This document shows positions 8,473 through 18,983 of a stretch of 64,000 nucleotides of DNA, piece by piece (position 1 is the stretch's first letter; each line of letters begins with the position of its first letter). The notes below the pieces were generated by a model. That model worked only from the letters and a program-made list of their open reading frames with translations, made no database searches and was not told where the DNA came from. This DNA is from a virus. The DNA is taken from positions 8,849 through 72,848 of the IMG/VR virus record IMGVR_UViG_3300033150_001583. One strand, 5' to 3'. The translations under genes were made by a program, and so were the position numbers.

Positions 8473-11400
8473 AGCCTATGAAACTCAATATATTGTTACT
8501 CTTTCAGCGGTTGATGAGAGTCTTTTAGAAACTTTAACAGGGCAAAATGGAGTATTAGGTGCTCTTAATCAAATTCAACAGAAAATAGAGCAAATTAATA
8601 AGACTCCTATTACTATACGGACTAAGATAGAAGATAAAGAGGCCAAGCCTTCTTCTGGTGGATCTTCTTCTGGAGGAACAGGAGGAATATCTTCTGGTGG
8701 CGGAAGGCCACCTAAACACAATAAGAGAAGTCTTGATACTGCGGAAGTAAATCAAGTAGCCGCCGCTTCAAAGAAGATTGCTAAAGGCTATAATGAACTA
8801 GCTGGGTCTATTGAAAAACTTAAGCAAGTAGGCAAGGTTTCTTTAGGAAAAGATTTAGGAATTACTGCTAAAACTATTGGAAGTCTTAGGGATTTAGGTG
8901 AAGCGTCTGGTAATGCTGGTACTGGTTTAGAAAAGGTTGCTAGTGCTCTTGAAGGCATTGGTCAGGCTAAAGGGTTTTCTGCGGTGAAAAATTTAGGGGC
9001 TAATTTAACAAATATTAGAAGAGTTGAAGGCTTGGGAGATGCTGCTATTCGTGCTGGCACTGGTTTAAATGAAATTGCCAATGCTCTCCAGCGGATGGGG
9101 GATGTAAAAAAAATTGGTCCAACAATTACTTATACCAATAAGCAAATTGGCAAGTTTATTTCTACTTTAAGACATTTAGATCAAAAAGGTACTAAGGCTT
9201 TAGTAGGACTTGAGACTAGACTTGCTTCTATACAACAAAGAATAAATGATACTATATCTAAAATAAATGCACTTTCGACTGTTGGTGCTAGTAAGCTTGA
9301 AGCATTTCAGCAAAGACAGACAAAAAGAAGTATTTCTCAAGAACAAAAGCAAGATCTTGAAAAAATTAAAGAAGCTACTTCTGCTCAGGCACAAGAATTG
9401 GAAAAACAGTATTTGAGTGCAATGCGTAATATCCAACGCCAGCGTTTTGGTAGGGCCATGACTATTGCTGATATGCTGGGTGTTAAGATTGATCCCAGGG
9501 ATTATCAGCACATGTTTGATTTTAATGTCCAGCTTCAAGCTGCTCGTGAACAAGTGCGGAAAATGTTGGAGCAGCATAAAAGGACTAAACAAAGCCTTTA
9601 TAGTGTTATTCCTCTCTATGACGAGATGGGCAATAAAGTATCTCAATTTGCTGTGATGGTTGATAGGGCTGGTAGAGTTATTTATAACTTTGACCGTGAT
9701 TTGATTCAATTGTTCCAGAATATGTTCTACAGGATGGGAGTTTGGGCTATAGCAACTGCTGGTGTTTATATGTTCATCAATGCTATCAAAGAAGCTATTC
9801 AGTATATGAAAGATCTTAGTAGACAACTTAAATTACTGGAGATTGCGGCAGGAGGACTTAATATTGGCGAAATTATAGAAGGTATAGGACGGCTTGTGTC
9901 TGAATATGGAGGGACGGTAGCTGAAGCTGTTGATATTACATACCAGTTTGTAAAAGTTCTTCGCGATGAAGAAAAAGCCTTGGAAGCTACTAAGTTGGCT
10001 TTAATGGCATATAATATTTCTGGTTTGGAGTACGATGAATCTGCCGAGTTATTGATTGGTGTAATGAACCAATATAATTTGTCAATTCGAGAAGCTAGAG
10101 ATTTGATGGATGCTTGGGCGGTTGCTTCTCGTAAGGGTACTGTTGACTTTAAAGAATTAGCGGAGGCATTTAATAAATCTGCTGTTGCCGCCAATGAACT
10201 AGGTATTAGCTATAAAGAACTGACGGCAATGATTGAGGCAGTAGGAACTGCTAGTGGTGAAAGTGGTAAAGAAATAGGTAACTTTGTGAAGTTTATATTG
10301 GAACATGCTAGAGATTTAGAGACTTTATATGCTGTTCAAGAAGTAGCTGGCGTTCCTGTATTTACTGAAACTGGTGAGTATAGAAGTACTTTTGATGTAC
10401 TTGTTGATTTAGGAAAAGCCTGGAAAGATCTTAGTGATGATCAAAGAAATTATGTTAAGACTGCTTGGGCAAGTTATCGTCAGGGTGCTAGGTTTAAAGC
10501 TTTAATGGAGGCTACCAGTCGAGACATAGAAGAATTTGGTTCTACTTTAGGTATATTGAAAGAGATACATGAAGGTTATGGTGAGGCAGCTTATCAGAAT
10601 GCTTTAGTTCTCAATACTTTGCAGGGTGCCTTCCAAAAGTTGCAAGGTGTTTATACTACTTTTGTTCAAAGTTTTACTGATAGTGGTTTGGCACAACTTA
10701 TTAAATTTGCAGTGAAGGGACTTTATACTTTACTTGATTTGTTCAATAAAACTGATGATGCAGGCACGCACTTCCTTAGTTTGATAAGTGCTATTATTAC
10801 TAGAATTGCTATAATGGCAAGACAGGGGATGGGTACTCTTGCCCGTTCCATAGGTGAATTTAAGGATGCAATGAATAGTTTTGCACGGGCACAAGAGGTT
10901 GCTGGCACTCAAGGAGCTGCTGCTCAAGAAAAGATACGCAGTGAGATCGGTGTTACAAATACTGCTTTAAATCATCAGATAGCTTTAGTAGATCGGTTGA
11001 TTGCTGGCTACAGAAGATTGTTTGGTACTGAAGTTCCTCAGACTGTGAAGGAGGCTACGAAAGATACCGAGAAAATAATACCGAGTAGGGTTTTTTCACC
11101 TAAGACTCCAGTGACACCTAGACAGCCAGTTGATTTAAGTTATATTCCTTCTCCTCGTAAAACGACTCCATCAGGGATTATAGTCCCTGGAGGAATTTCG
11201 CGCGATTTTGTTACTAGTTATGACCGAAAGTTTAATATGGGTTTAATAGGTAGAGTACAAGATAGAATTAGTAAATTTTCTAATGCTATTAGGAGTAGTT
11301 TAGATGGTATTATTGTCTCTATGAGGAATCTTGGGAATAAGATACCTGCTACTTTAAGGAAGATAGATGACAGCTTTGCCAAGGCATTAAGGAGTAGCAA

Positions 11401-14400
11401 TTTATTTGGCGATGCATTATTAAAAATTGAGCGTGGAGAAATAAAGGCTGGTCGTGCTGGAAAGACACTTACTGGGATAATTACTACTATCAATACTGCT
11501 CTTACTGCCACTACTGGAGTTATAGGTAGACTTAAATTTGCTATTAGAGGTTTGATGGCTGCTATACCTGAGATTTTATTGTTATCTCTTGCCTTTGAGG
11601 CAGTATATAAAGGTATTGAGAAAATTGGTGAAGCTTGGGATAAATCAGTTGAGAGAAGGGCATTATATGAGCGTAATAGAGTACAGGCGTTTGCTATGGC
11701 TAGGGAAGATTTTCATAAGATGCTTGCTGAAGGAAGAAAACTTTACTTAATGCCCGAAAAGGAAAGGACATTAACTAAGTATGAAGAGGAAGAATTGAGA
11801 AGACTTGAAGAGCGTGAAAAAGAAGGTTTGACTACTTCGGATGAAGTTAGACTGGAAGAGTTACGTGCTAAAAAGAGACGGCAGGAAAGATTTCAGGAGA
11901 TTAGAGAGAGGACGACCCTTGACCTTTATGAATGGGGTCAACATATTACTCCAGAAGATTTAATGTTGATGGATGAAGAAGAGGTTGATAGGTTATTAGA
12001 TGAATATTTTAAGAAGCTACCACAAAAAGTAAAAGAAGAAATTAAAGTAGCCAAAGAAAAAATTAAAGAGGAAAAGGCTTTGAGACTTCCTTTAATTGAT
12101 CCCGCTGAGATTTCTAAATATGAAACCGAAGTAAATAGGTTTTTTGATAAAATAAATCGGCGGTTAAAAGAATACAAAAATCAACTTGACTATGTTAGAG
12201 AAAGTTATTTGGGTTTAGGTAGTAGTAATGAATACTATAAGACTGTGCTTGAAGAATTAACTCAAGTGCAAAGCGTTATCTTGGATAATTACGATGAAAC
12301 TAATATGAAATTATTTCAAGTACAAAATAAGTATAATGAGGCTACTAATGCTCTTCGAGATTATGAGGAATTGTTGCGGAGGCAAGGAAAAGATGTTGAA
12401 AGTATGTGGAAGAAAATTTATACTGGGGAGATTGATGATTCTGATAGTGATATAAAGAAACTCAAGGAATATTATGATGCTCAACAGCGTTATGAGGCAT
12501 TGTTGGTTAAAGCGAAGCAGGAGCAGGCCAATTTAAATAAAGAATTAGTCAATACAAAGAAGGAAATGCTAGACCTCGTTATGAGTAGCAATGAGTATGC
12601 TGGTGTTTGGGATAGTATTCAGCAAAGGATTAAACTTGTAAAACAGACTCTTGCTGATTTGCGGAATATTAGGTTAACCGAGGGTGTAGGTGAAAGGATT
12701 GCCGAAATAGGTATTGAAGTGTTTGGCCGTGGCTGGGATAAACCTACATTTCTTATTAATCGTATTTCAGGAAATATTGATAAGCTATTTAGTAATATAA
12801 CTAAGATTGAAGAATCTCTTGCTCTTTTTGGTGATGATCAGGAGAAACTAAGGGAAGCACTGGATAAAGTTAAATTTGGTGAAATAGGTCAACAAATGAA
12901 AGTTGCTGTTACCGATCCAATTATTCAGCAGGCGAAAGAAACCCTTAAAGTTGAAGAAAGACAAGAAGAGGTATTAAAGGAAATTAAAGAAGGTATTGGG
13001 GATTTAACAAAAACACTTACAGAAGAAAAATTTGGAGAGGGTAGTGGCAAAGTAGAACTTGGGGCTTTAGGCTGGCATGATCTTAGAGAAAAAACACTTT
13101 CTGGCGAGAGATCAATAACGGCAATTGTGAAAGAATATGCACAGAAGTATGGAGATCCAAGGTTATTTGCTTTGACTATGGGATTTATTTCGAGAGAAAG
13201 TGGTTTTAATCCTAATGCTATGAATACTAAGGGAGAATATTCTGTTGGTTTGGGGCAAATTAACTTACAAGGGGCTGCGGGTAAAAGAAACATATCAATT
13301 TTAAAAGAAGTTTTGAAGGAGCAGGGTATAGATCTTGAACAAGCAAAACTTGCAGAAACAGGGATTTTCGGGAAAAGAGCTTCTTCTGTTTTATATAGAG
13401 GAGAAAAAATTAAATCGTGGGAAGAATACCTCAAAGACCCAGAAATAAATATAGCAGTAACTATGAGACGAATTAAGGAAGACCTTGAAAGGGCTGGTGG
13501 AGATTTTATAGGATTGATGAGGAATTACGTTGGCCCGAAGGTTCCTAATGAGGAAATTATTAGGCGTGCTAAAGAGGTAAATAAGTATGCAGGATGGGAA
13601 CTTATCAATATTGATGAACTTACCAAAAAGTTAAAATATGGGAATGCAGAAGGAAGAATTTTGGCGGAAGCGCAAGAGTCCAGGAAAGATTTAGTAAATG
13701 CAGAAAAGGAAAGCGTAAAGCTTCTTAGGGAAAATATTTCTGAGTTAAGGCAGATGTTGATATATAGTCTTAATACTATACCCGAACTGGCTGAAGTTTT
13801 AGAAGGATTAGGTAATGTGTGGTCTGGATTTTCTGTTAGTAAGGCTGAATTATATCGCAGAAATATAGAAAGAGCTTTTGACAAGATTAAAGATATACCT
13901 TCCCTTTTAACTAAGGGATTAGAAGAAGCATTAAAAGGTGCAGTAGGAGAATATTATGATGCAGCTATAGCTGAACAAGAAAAACAGTATCAGAAAGAAA
14001 TTTCTTTGAGGGAAAAATTAATTACTGTTGATAGAAGCCTAGCAGAAAGTCATTCTACTATTCTTGAAAATATTAAAGATAAACTTATTGACTTATTGCG
14101 TGATGCTCCTTTAGATAAAGTTGATGCAATACTCGATAAAATAAGAGAAGTTTATAACGAAATAGTTTCAGCAAAGAAAGTTGAACTATTTGAAAATCTC
14201 TTTAGAGAAATTGATGTTAATTCTCTTTTATCTGGTATATCTCCTATTTTTGGTATAGATTTAGTTAATGTTGTTGATTCAATTAAGGAAGATTTAGTTG
14301 ATTTATTTAAACAACATCCCGATAGAAGAGGCGAGGTAGAAAATACTCTAAGAGCAATAAATGATATAGCTACTCAAGTTAAGTATAATACTACTTATCA

Positions 14401-16690
14401 TGTTGCTGAAATCGGTAAGGTTGTAAGAGGTTTGCAAAGAGCTACGATAGGTACTCCTGAATACTATCAGTTAGTAGAAAACTTGCGTACCAGATTAGAA
14501 AATCTCTACGGTTTGGATAAGAAGATCAACTCCTTAAGTGAAATTTTTAATCAAATGGCTGTTGAGCTTCCTGAAATCTATGGACAGTTGGCCGATTTAA
14601 GAACAAAGAAGGCTAACCGTGACTTAATAACATTATTTGAACAGATTGAGCAGGTAAATGAAGTATTTAGAGACACTACCCCTCTGTCGATGAAATATTT
14701 CGCGGTACAAAAAGACTTAGTAGAATTAGAACAAAGAGAGTTAGATATTTTAAATGATAGAGTTTCTGCTGCTCAAAAACTGTTTGAATTAACTGGTCAA
14801 GGATTGAGAGAATTTGTCACAATAGCAGGTCAACAAAGGGAGTACCGCAGGGCTTTACTAGAAAATCAACGTGCTCAACTTATTAATCAAATACTAGGCG
14901 GAAAATTTTCGGGGGAAGAATATCAAGCATTACTGAAAGAACTTGTATCAATCGAAAAGCAATGGATGGAACTAATTACTGAACGTAGAGATTTATTAAC
15001 TGAAAGCTTTAAACTTGGTATTATTTCTCTTGAAGAATATATTTCCAAATTAGATGAATTAAGAGATAAAAATTATGATTTAAGGTCTTCTATCTTAGAT
15101 CTAAGAACTACTATGGAAACAAGTATTAGAGAAGCATTTAAGAGTGCGTTAACTGGTGCTTTCACTGGTTCTTTGACGGCTGGCACAGATTTTATAAATT
15201 CAATTAAAAATTCACTTGCCGAGGCTGTATCCGAAAGTATTACTACTTCCCTATTAAACAACGCGGGAATAAAAGGATTATTAGATGAAACACTTAACGA
15301 GATTACTGAATCAATTTACAGTGGAAAGCTTATAGACGATGATGCAATAAGAGATAATTTACAACAAATAATAAATACTTTGTCTGGATACTTGCCTGCT
15401 TATAGAGATTTGCTAAGTGGAATTTTTGAGACGCTAGAGAATTCTGTATTTAACGCCCCTACTGGATTTAAAATTGAACCCTATTTGTATGAATTTATGA
15501 AGGCGCGTGGGCCAGAAGCATTCCCTGGCATAAATTTACCGCCTGATTATGAAAGTGGCACTACTCCCCTACCCTTACCTGAAAATCCTCCTGTGGAGGA
15601 AGTAAAAGTACCAAAAGTACCAGAAAATCCGATAAGAGAAACGTTAGATTTGTTATTTGTAGGACTCGATGAAAAATTTAGAGAACTAACTGATAGAGTT
15701 AGTACTTATTTCGATGAAGTTATTGAAACGTTTGATATATCTAATGTTATTTCTGATATATTGGACAGATATGGTATTAAAGTTGATAGAGGAACTGATT
15801 TTCAGGGAGCTTTAAGACAGGCATTTGATAAGGTTCTTGAGTTAAAGAGAACCTACATGGAGGCAGCTCGTAGGAATGACCAGACTACAATGGAAGCTGC
15901 ACATAAAAGTGCTGATGAAATTCGTAGAAAAATATCTGAAGCTACTGGTGCATCAATTAGTAAAATAAATGATTTAATAGGTGCAGGCAGGTCGTTATAT
16001 AGTATTAGTGAAAGTACTTGGAATCAACTACTTGAATTACCTGAGATTAAAGATGCGATTAATAATAATGCTTCTGCTATAGATTCTTTAAAAGATGCTT
16101 TAAGTAATATTACTATTAATGTTTCTGGTAGTTTTGGTTCTGTAAGTACTAGTGGAAAGGGGTCTGGTAAGAGTTCTGGACGTTCTAGTGGTTCTAGTTC
16201 ATCTGTGCCGAGTTCTGTTTTAGATAAAATTAGAAAGAACCAAGATACTTGGTGGGCTGAATACAACAAACATAAGGATACAATAGATCCAGGTAATCCT
16301 TCTACATGGACAGATGCAATGAAAAAAGCTCATGAAGAAAATGAGAAGCTAACTAGTAAATATGGTTTAGAGTCTGGTACAACCAAGAGATATCATACTG
16401 GTGGTAGAAGTCCTTTTGAACAATTAGCTTTATTAAGGCCAGGAGAAATAGTAATACCTCCTGATTTAGTCCAATTTATAGATAAAGTTCGTGGTAAAGC
16501 ACACTATAGCTTTAATAACACACCAACTGAGAATAATTTTAAAGTAGAGGTAAATGTAGAAGTTAATGGTGGTAATCCTGCTGATGTTACTAAAGCTGTT
16601 GAGGAAGGGGTACAAAATGCTATAAGACAAATCGAAAGAGAAAATCGTATGAATAATTTAAGGTTTAGAGGAGTTAGTTATGCTTATTAA
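8465..16690 (+). CDS. Tape measure protein with internal lytic transglycosylase (SLT) domain
   Basis: 2741 aa, largely helical; TP901-like TMP core around aa 440-740; SLT motif 'FISRESGFNPNAMN...SVGLGQIN' at about nt 13180-13270. Confidence 0.9.
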   Translation: MAKAYETQYIVTLSAVDESLLETLTGQNGVLGALNQIQQKIEQINKTPITIRTKIEDKEAKPSSGGSSSGGTGGISSGGGRPPKHNKRSLDTAEVNQVAAASKKIAKGYNELAGSIEKLKQVGKVSLGKDLGITAKTIGSLRDLGEASGNAGTGLEKVASALEGIGQAKGFSAVKNLGANLTNIRRVEGLGDAAIRAGTGLNEIANALQRMGDVKKIGPTITYTNKQIGKFISTLRHLDQKGTKALVGLETRLASIQQRINDTISKINALSTVGASKLEAFQQRQTKRSISQEQKQDLEKIKEATSAQAQELEKQYLSAMRNIQRQRFGRAMTIADMLGVKIDPRDYQHMFDFNVQLQAAREQVRKMLEQHKRTKQSLYSVIPLYDEMGNKVSQFAVMVDRAGRVIYNFDRDLIQLFQNMFYRMGVWAIATAGVYMFINAIKEAIQYMKDLSRQLKLLEIAAGGLNIGEIIEGIGRLVSEYGGTVAEAVDITYQFVKVLRDEEKALEATKLALMAYNISGLEYDESAELLIGVMNQYNLSIREARDLMDAWAVASRKGTVDFKELAEAFNKSAVAANELGISYKELTAMIEAVGTASGESGKEIGNFVKFILEHARDLETLYAVQEVAGVPVFTETGEYRSTFDVLVDLGKAWKDLSDDQRNYVKTAWASYRQGARFKALMEATSRDIEEFGSTLGILKEIHEGYGEAAYQNALVLNTLQGAFQKLQGVYTTFVQSFTDSGLAQLIKFAVKGLYTLLDLFNKTDDAGTHFLSLISAIITRIAIMARQGMGTLARSIGEFKDAMNSFARAQEVAGTQGAAAQEKIRSEIGVTNTALNHQIALVDRLIAGYRRLFGTEVPQTVKEATKDTEKIIPSRVFSPKTPVTPRQPVDLSYIPSPRKTTPSGIIVPGGISRDFVTSYDRKFNMGLIGRVQDRISKFSNAIRSSLDGIIVSMRNLGNKIPATLRKIDDSFAKALRSSNLFGDALLKIERGEIKAGRAGKTLTGIITTINTALTATTGVIGRLKFAIRGLMAAIPEILLLSLAFEAVYKGIEKIGEAWDKSVERRALYERNRVQAFAMAREDFHKMLAEGRKLYLMPEKERTLTKYEEEELRRLEEREKEGLTTSDEVRLEELRAKKRRQERFQEIRERTTLDLYEWGQHITPEDLMLMDEEEVDRLLDEYFKKLPQKVKEEIKVAKEKIKEEKALRLPLIDPAEISKYETEVNRFFDKINRRLKEYKNQLDYVRESYLGLGSSNEYYKTVLEELTQVQSVILDNYDETNMKLFQVQNKYNEATNALRDYEELLRRQGKDVESMWKKIYTGEIDDSDSDIKKLKEYYDAQQRYEALLVKAKQEQANLNKELVNTKKEMLDLVMSSNEYAGVWDSIQQRIKLVKQTLADLRNIRLTEGVGERIAEIGIEVFGRGWDKPTFLINRISGNIDKLFSNITKIEESLALFGDDQEKLREALDKVKFGEIGQQMKVAVTDPIIQQAKETLKVEERQEEVLKEIKEGIGDLTKTLTEEKFGEGSGKVELGALGWHDLREKTLSGERSITAIVKEYAQKYGDPRLFALTMGFISRESGFNPNAMNTKGEYSVGLGQINLQGAAGKRNISILKEVLKEQGIDLEQAKLAETGIFGKRASSVLYRGEKIKSWEEYLKDPEINIAVTMRRIKEDLERAGGDFIGLMRNYVGPKVPNEEIIRRAKEVNKYAGWELINIDELTKKLKYGNAEGRILAEAQESRKDLVNAEKESVKLLRENISELRQMLIYSLNTIPELAEVLEGLGNVWSGFSVSKAELYRRNIERAFDKIKDIPSLLTKGLEEALKGAVGEYYDAAIAEQEKQYQKEISLREKLITVDRSLAESHSTILENIKDKLIDLLRDAPLDKVDAILDKIREVYNEIVSAKKVELFENLFREIDVNSLLSGISPIFGIDLVNVVDSIKEDLVDLFKQHPDRRGEVENTLRAINDIATQVKYNTTYHVAEIGKVVRGLQRATIGTPEYYQLVENLRTRLENLYGLDKKINSLSEIFNQMAVELPEIYGQLADLRTKKANRDLITLFEQIEQVNEVFRDTTPLSMKYFAVQKDLVELEQRELDILNDRVSAAQKLFELTGQGLREFVTIAGQQREYRRALLENQRAQLINQILGGKFSGEEYQALLKELVSIEKQWMELITERRDLLTESFKLGIISLEEYISKLDELRDKNYDLRSSILDLRTTMETSIREAFKSALTGAFTGSLTAGTDFINSIKNSLAEAVSESITTSLLNNAGIKGLLDETLNEITESIYSGKLIDDDAIRDNLQQIINTLSGYLPAYRDLLSGIFETLENSVFNAPTGFKIEPYLYEFMKARGPEAFPGINLPPDYESGTTPLPLPENPPVEEVKVPKVPENPIRETLDLLFVGLDEKFRELTDRVSTYFDEVIETFDISNVISDILDRYGIKVDRGTDFQGALRQAFDKVLELKRTYMEAARRNDQTTMEAAHKSADEIRRKISEATGASISKINDLIGAGRSLYSISESTWNQLLELPEIKDAINNNASAIDSLKDALSNITINVSGSFGSVSTSGKGSGKSSGRSSGSSSSVPSSVLDKIRKNQDTWWAEYNKHKDTIDPGNPSTWTDAMKKAHEENEKLTSKYGLESGTTKRYHTGGRSPFEQLALLRPGEIVIPPDLVQFIDKVRGKAHYSFNNTPTENNFKVEVNVEVNGGNPADVTKAVEEGVQNAIRQIERENRMNNLRFRGVSYAY

Positions 16691-16694
16691 TTTA

Positions 16695-16726
16695 TCCTTC
16701 CCCGTGGAAATTTTTGCGGGGAAGGA
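16695..16726 (+). terminator. GC-rich hairpin after the TMP stop (possible terminator)
   Basis: Perfect 10-bp stem TCCTTCCCCG / CGGGGAAGGA; the U-tract is displaced by about 8 nt. Confidence 0.55.
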
Positions 16727-16751
16727 GACTACTTCTTTTTAGGAGGGGGTT

Positions 16752-16958
16752 GTGGTGAAAGAGTTACTGGAAAGACGTAAGCAGGAGATTGAACAAGAAT
16801 TTAACAACGTACAGAATGATTTAACAAAAGCTAGAGAGGTAGTGGAACAACTTACTATTAGGCTTTATCAATGTCAGAGGGCATATCAAGAAGTGGATAG
16901 TTTGCTTAATAGTTTATTAAATGAAAAATCTAAGAATGAAAAGAAGGATAAAAAATGA
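16752..16958 (+). CDS. Small coiled-coil hypothetical protein
   Basis: AGGAGG RBS, GTG start, heptad pattern. Confidence 0.55.
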   Translation: MVKELLERRKQEIEQEFNNVQNDLTKAREVVEQLTIRLYQCQRAYQEVDSLLNSLLNEKSKNEKKDKK

Positions 16959-17917
16959 GTTGGAAATACGGAAGTTATGTTTTTGAAATAGACCCTTATT
17001 CCTCCACTGAGGAAATAGAATATATAGGAGATAAAATTGTAACATCTAGCGGTCGAAAAATAATTGAACCAACGACTTATAAGACCGCTAGATCTCTTTC
17101 CTCTGTTTTTTATCAGCCTAGTACACATAAAATTGAAACTAAAAATCTTCCTTATAATAATATTCAATGTGTTGATTTTTGGGGAGAAAAATATTATTTG
17201 GGTTTAGATGATGGTTCTATTGTTATAACTAATAGAAATTTTCGCGGGGACAACGAATTAACTCCAGCTATAGAGCCTAATGTAAAAGGAATTACCTTTG
17301 ATTCAGTTGAAATTTGGGTCTTAACCCAAGTGGACTCAACTACTCATAAATTATATTCACTTAGTCCTGTGGATGGTACTATTAGCTCAACCTATTCTTA
17401 TTCGGGTATAGTTTCAGGATTAGTTTATATTGGAGAATATCCCTTTGGATATTTATACAAACAGTATCAAAATGGTTTAATAGAGAAGATAGATCCAAGT
17501 AGTGGTGATGTAGTTGGCACATATGATTTATTGACTTCTTACGGTACGGATTTTTTCGGCGCAACAAAAAAAGATAATTACTACATAACCACTAATGATA
17601 ACGAATATATTAACTTTGTAGATTTGACTAAAAACAAAATCATCGACAGCGAAAAAATAAGCACTAACATTAGCGACCTCACTAACATTAGTGCCAACAA
17701 TTATTTCCTTATTTCTAATGATTATAGTATTTATAGGATCAATTCTGTCCTATTAGATCTAGACCAACTTGAAAAAGAAATCAAAACAGGAAAAGTTATC
17801 TTGGAAGATGATTTAGGAAACCAAGTAAACGTATCAATTAACAATTACAATTTCGAACGGCTACAAAACCATTATAAGGCTTTTATTGTGAATTTGAATG
17901 TTACTGAGGTTGGTTAA
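16955..17917 (+). CDS. Distal-tail-like protein with inserted beta-propeller-like domain
   Basis: N- and C-termini align by eye with 18642..18983; middle has repeated short beta-strand/Asp-Gly turns. Confidence 0.5.
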   Translation: MSWKYGSYVFEIDPYSSTEEIEYIGDKIVTSSGRKIIEPTTYKTARSLSSVFYQPSTHKIETKNLPYNNIQCVDFWGEKYYLGLDDGSIVITNRNFRGDNELTPAIEPNVKGITFDSVEIWVLTQVDSTTHKLYSLSPVDGTISSTYSYSGIVSGLVYIGEYPFGYLYKQYQNGLIEKIDPSSGDVVGTYDLLTSYGTDFFGATKKDNYYITTNDNEYINFVDLTKNKIIDSEKISTNISDLTNISANNYFLISNDYSIYRINSVLLDLDQLEKEIKTGKVILEDDLGNQVNVSINNYNFERLQNHYKAFIVNLNVTEVG

Positions 17918-18563
17918 AAATATTTTTAAGTTTTTTAGTTTCTTCTTCAATATTATTAACTATAATTTTAATTCTGTTCGATATTATAAGGGATGCTTTG
18001 ATTAAATTAGTTGCTTCGTTTAAATTCCCTTTTGATTTGGCGTTGAAAGCTTCAGTTATTAAGTGCCAACGATTATATATACTGTAAAATTCTTCGGTTT
18101 GGTATTGGTGTAATTTACTAAGTATTTGTGGTGGATTAAGTAATATAAAATTATCGATTTGTTCTTTTATAAGTTCATTGTCTTTTTTAAGTCTTTCATA
18201 AATGGCAATGTCGGAAATATCTTCTTTTTTAATATAATCTTCCATATTGGCATTAATTTCTTCAATCTTTTTGATAAACTTATATGTTTTTTCGATGTAT
18301 TCTTTACATTTTATTATCTCTGATTTTTCATTAGTTATCAAAACACGTCTATTCATCCCATCCCACTCAACATCAGCACCAAGAGCTTCACTGACAAACC
18401 TGACAGGAACCATAGTTCTTCCGTTGATGATTTGGGGTGGGACGTCGGTCTCGATTTTTTGGCCGTTGACAAAAATGGTAATATTATTTTGACTATAAGC
18501 AATTCCAACGATTAAAAATATGCAGAGTATTGTAGTTAAGATAATCAGAAGAGCTTTTTTCAT
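17901..18563 (-). CDS. Secreted copper-amine-oxidase N-terminal ('stalk') domain protein, moron-like
   Basis: Signal peptide MKKALLIILTTILCIFLIVGIAYS; domain motif 'I.VNG..I.TDVPPQIINGRTMVPVRFVSEALGADVEWD'; own RBS; the only long gene on the - strand. Confidence 0.85.
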   Translation of the reverse strand: MKKALLIILTTILCIFLIVGIAYSQNNITIFVNGQKIETDVPPQIINGRTMVPVRFVSEALGADVEWDGMNRRVLITNEKSEIIKCKEYIEKTYKFIKKIEEINANMEDYIKKEDISDIAIYERLKKDNELIKEQIDNFILLNPPQILSKLHQYQTEEFYSIYNRWHLITEAFNAKSKGNLNEATNLIKASLIISNRIKIIVNNIEEETKKLKNIFNQPQ

Positions 18564-18597
18564 AAAATATCCCTCCTGGTATTATTTTCTATCCATA

Positions 18598-18626
18598 ATA
18601 ATAGCATTTCGAAATTACGATTTCAA
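18598..18626 (-). promoter_or_regulatory. sigmaA-type promoter for the antisense moron
   Basis: On the - strand: TTGAAA-17 nt-TATTAT with extended -10 TG. Confidence 0.6.
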
Positions 18627-18641
18627 GTTTTTCAGGAGAGA

Positions 18642-18983
18642 TTGCAAATGCAAATAGGAAACTTTGTATTTGATTATCAACCTTTAAGTATGAATAAAAA
18701 TGTTGAAACTACATTGAGTGAATCTGTTAGTGTAGATGGTGTTATTACTTCTACCCCTGAAAATTTTTCTACGATAAGGCATTATATTATTTATTTATTT
18801 GAAGATTCAACATATCGGAAGTTAGAAAATTTTCGCGGGGAAATAAAAAAAGGAAAAACAACTCTCATTGATGAGTTTGATATAAAACATGAAGTATTAA
18901 TTACAAGAGTATCCAACGCAAGAAAATTAACCGCTGAACCATATCCAGTATATAGAATAGAATTAGAGGTTGACCTACTATGA
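18642..18983 (+). CDS. Distal tail (Dit)-like small protein
   Basis: 113 aa between TMP and baseplate hub; apparent paralog of the ends of 16955..17917. Confidence 0.45.
   Translation: MQMQIGNFVFDYQPLSMNKNVETTLSESVSVDGVITSTPENFSTIRHYIIYLFEDSTYRKLENFRGEIKKGKTTLIDEFDIKHEVLITRVSNARKLTAEPYPVYRIELEVDLL

Noticed and set aside
454-16269. Many minus-strand and nested short ORFs in the ORF track
   Set aside because: They are antisense shadows of long + strand genes, lack RBSs and have biased S/F/L/I composition.
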